Assembly: GCA_039179045.1 (NCBI GenBank)
Contig: JBCDEZ010000009.1
Span: 1 to 35,792 of the forward strand
Source of the DNA: Chlamydiota bacterium
GTDB lineage: Bacteria > Chlamydiota > Chlamydiia > Chlamydiales > SM23-39
Reading direction: 5' to 3'
Length of the DNA stretch: 35,792 bases
Positions 34,552 through 35,792 of this stretch are shown here, in pieces. The notes beneath the pieces were generated by a model. The model made no database searches and was not told the DNA's origin. It saw only the letters and a program-made list of their open reading frames with translations. Numbering within the stretch: the stretch's first letter is position 1; the number at the start of each line of letters is the position of its first letter. The position numbers and the translations under genes were made by a program.

Positions 34552-35004
34552 ATGACGATTGGGTCTGTTGGTTCTTACGTGGTAGGGACTTTAGTCAATA
34601 CAGTAAGACAATACAACCGTCTTACTACGTGTCCTATAGATGTAATTATCTTGGAGGCTCTACACTGCTCACCTTACATCAGCTATGAGGATCTCTTAGA
34701 GGCAGAAGACATGCTTCAGCGAAGATGTCCGATTGCCTTATGGATCCGGGAGATTGTACTACTCAGAGGCACATCTGTTCAGGATTTTTCCACGTCTGAT
34801 CTTTGCGATTGGTCCTTCGAAGAGTATGTACTTGATTCAGGAAGAAGCCTTCCAAGACGGGAGTTTTGCCCAGCTGCTTTGAAAACTGTGGCAGTCCAAG
34901 GAGTCCTGTGGACTGCTATCAGCATTATAGGATACTACGAGATGAAAATAGCATACTACGAGATCAAAAAATATAGTAATCTGCTTTTTAACTTCAATTC
35001 ATGA
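34552..35004 (+). CDS. Hypothetical protein with a C-terminal hydrophobic segment
   Basis: GGAG SD at 34542 before ATG 34552; 150 aa ORF; no family recognised. Confidence 0.6.
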   Translation: MTIGSVGSYVVGTLVNTVRQYNRLTTCPIDVIILEALHCSPYISYEDLLEAEDMLQRRCPIALWIREIVLLRGTSVQDFSTSDLCDWSFEEYVLDSGRSLPRREFCPAALKTVAVQGVLWTAISIIGYYEMKIAYYEIKKYSNLLFNFNS

Positions 35005-35295
35005 AAAATGCAGGTTAAGAAAAAATTTACCACTAAAAGATCTCTATCTGATATAAAACGGCCATTTCACAAACATAGAGCCATCCCACAAGAAATCAAA
35101 AAATAGTAGATGTGACTTATCCTTAACTAAGCGTACCAAAGGTCGATACGCTGCATATATCCACTAGACTAAAAAACGTCTCTCAATATCTTACCTGAAG
35201 ATAGCCTATCTTTGGATGATTTAACACCCGACACCCAAGTTATCTAAGTACATCGCTTCTGCTCAGTTGTTCCCCATTACGGAGAAAGTGATCTT

Positions 35296-35703
35296 TCAGA
35301 CAGAATGCTTATCGAGAGTTTCTACCAGAGAAAAAGAATTGCGAAAGAGACGGAATTCTTCTGCGGAGCCCGATTTTAACGAGAGCACGCAAATCCCATG
35401 CTCAAGATCGATCATGAATCGATGAGATCCATCTTCAAGCCCATCTCGGAAGAAAGGATCAAGTTTAGTAACATCGGGTTCATACATAAGACGATACACT
35501 TTTTTCCCTACACGCGCCTCGTAGGCGACTTTCCCTTCTTGAGGAATTTTTTTTGGAATACTCGGAAAGACAACGCGGTACTTCAATCCTCCGAGCGTTT
35601 TTACAAAAACAATCGGTTCAGGATTTTCAGGCATCCTTGCTGCGGGAATAGAAGCAAAAGGTGCAAATACCGAGGATATGAAAATTAAACATCGTAAAAT
35701 CAT
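35296..35703 (-). CDS. Hypothetical exported protein
   Basis: 135 aa ATG ORF with a signal-peptide-like N-terminus (MILRCLIFISSVFAPFA), downstream of an AT-rich promoter-like tract. Confidence 0.6.
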   Translation of the reverse strand: MILRCLIFISSVFAPFASIPAARMPENPEPIVFVKTLGGLKYRVVFPSIPKKIPQEGKVAYEARVGKKVYRLMYEPDVTKLDPFFRDGLEDGSHRFMIDLEHGICVLSLKSGSAEEFRLFRNSFSLVETLDKHSV

Positions 35704-35792
35704 TTCATATAAATGATACGAAAAAACAAATAAAAAAACAATTTAATTTTTATCTGAATAATTTATGTAAAAAATTGAATTTATAATTTTTA

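Noticed and set aside
34542..35292. 12 bp direct repeat GGAGAAAGTGAT (34542-34553 and 35281-35292) as a target-site duplication
   Set aside because: A 12-mer repeat is expected by chance in a window this size, and one copy is simply the SD/start region.
1..35792. CRISPR arrays, prophage, integrase, retron/reverse transcriptase or defence genes
   Set aside because: No regularly spaced repeats or recognisable motifs for these were seen by eye.

Overview
Chromosomal segment that most likely comes from an environmental (non-Chlamydiaceae) member of the Chlamydiota. The evidence is the ~900 aa FtsH, the ftsH-tilS-lptF-lptG and phnP-hflX gene orders, a chlamydial-type TGT, a protein resembling the chlamydial SAM transporter, and a MOMP-like/Lpg1974 porin. 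All family assignments come from motifs and from remembered protein families; no database search was run. The window is mostly housekeeping and rich in tRNA/translation functions (tilS, rplM-rpsI, miaB, mtaB, hflX, tgt+yhhQ, tRNA-Ala, tRNA-Ile, ligA). It also has three accessory patches: (i) 6.5-14.6 kb with a 1562 aa Rhs/YD protein, IS debris, an orphan ORF and two beta-barrel genes; (ii) 21.3-22.9 kb with a decayed IS630; (iii) 34.3-35.8 kb with orphan ORFs. The most notable observations are four. First, a secreted Rhs cage with an intact ORF lacks both DPxG autoproteolysis motifs, any toxin tail and any immunity gene. Second, an intact DapA-fold protein has lost essentially all catalytic residues and is coupled to an unannotated 31-codon Ser/Pro/Thr-rich upstream ORF. 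Third, an unannotated 175 bp MITE derived from the local IS630 abuts an IS1 remnant at a TA. Fourth, an S9 peptidase-yhhQ-tgt operon lies back-to-back with a SAM-importer-like gene.
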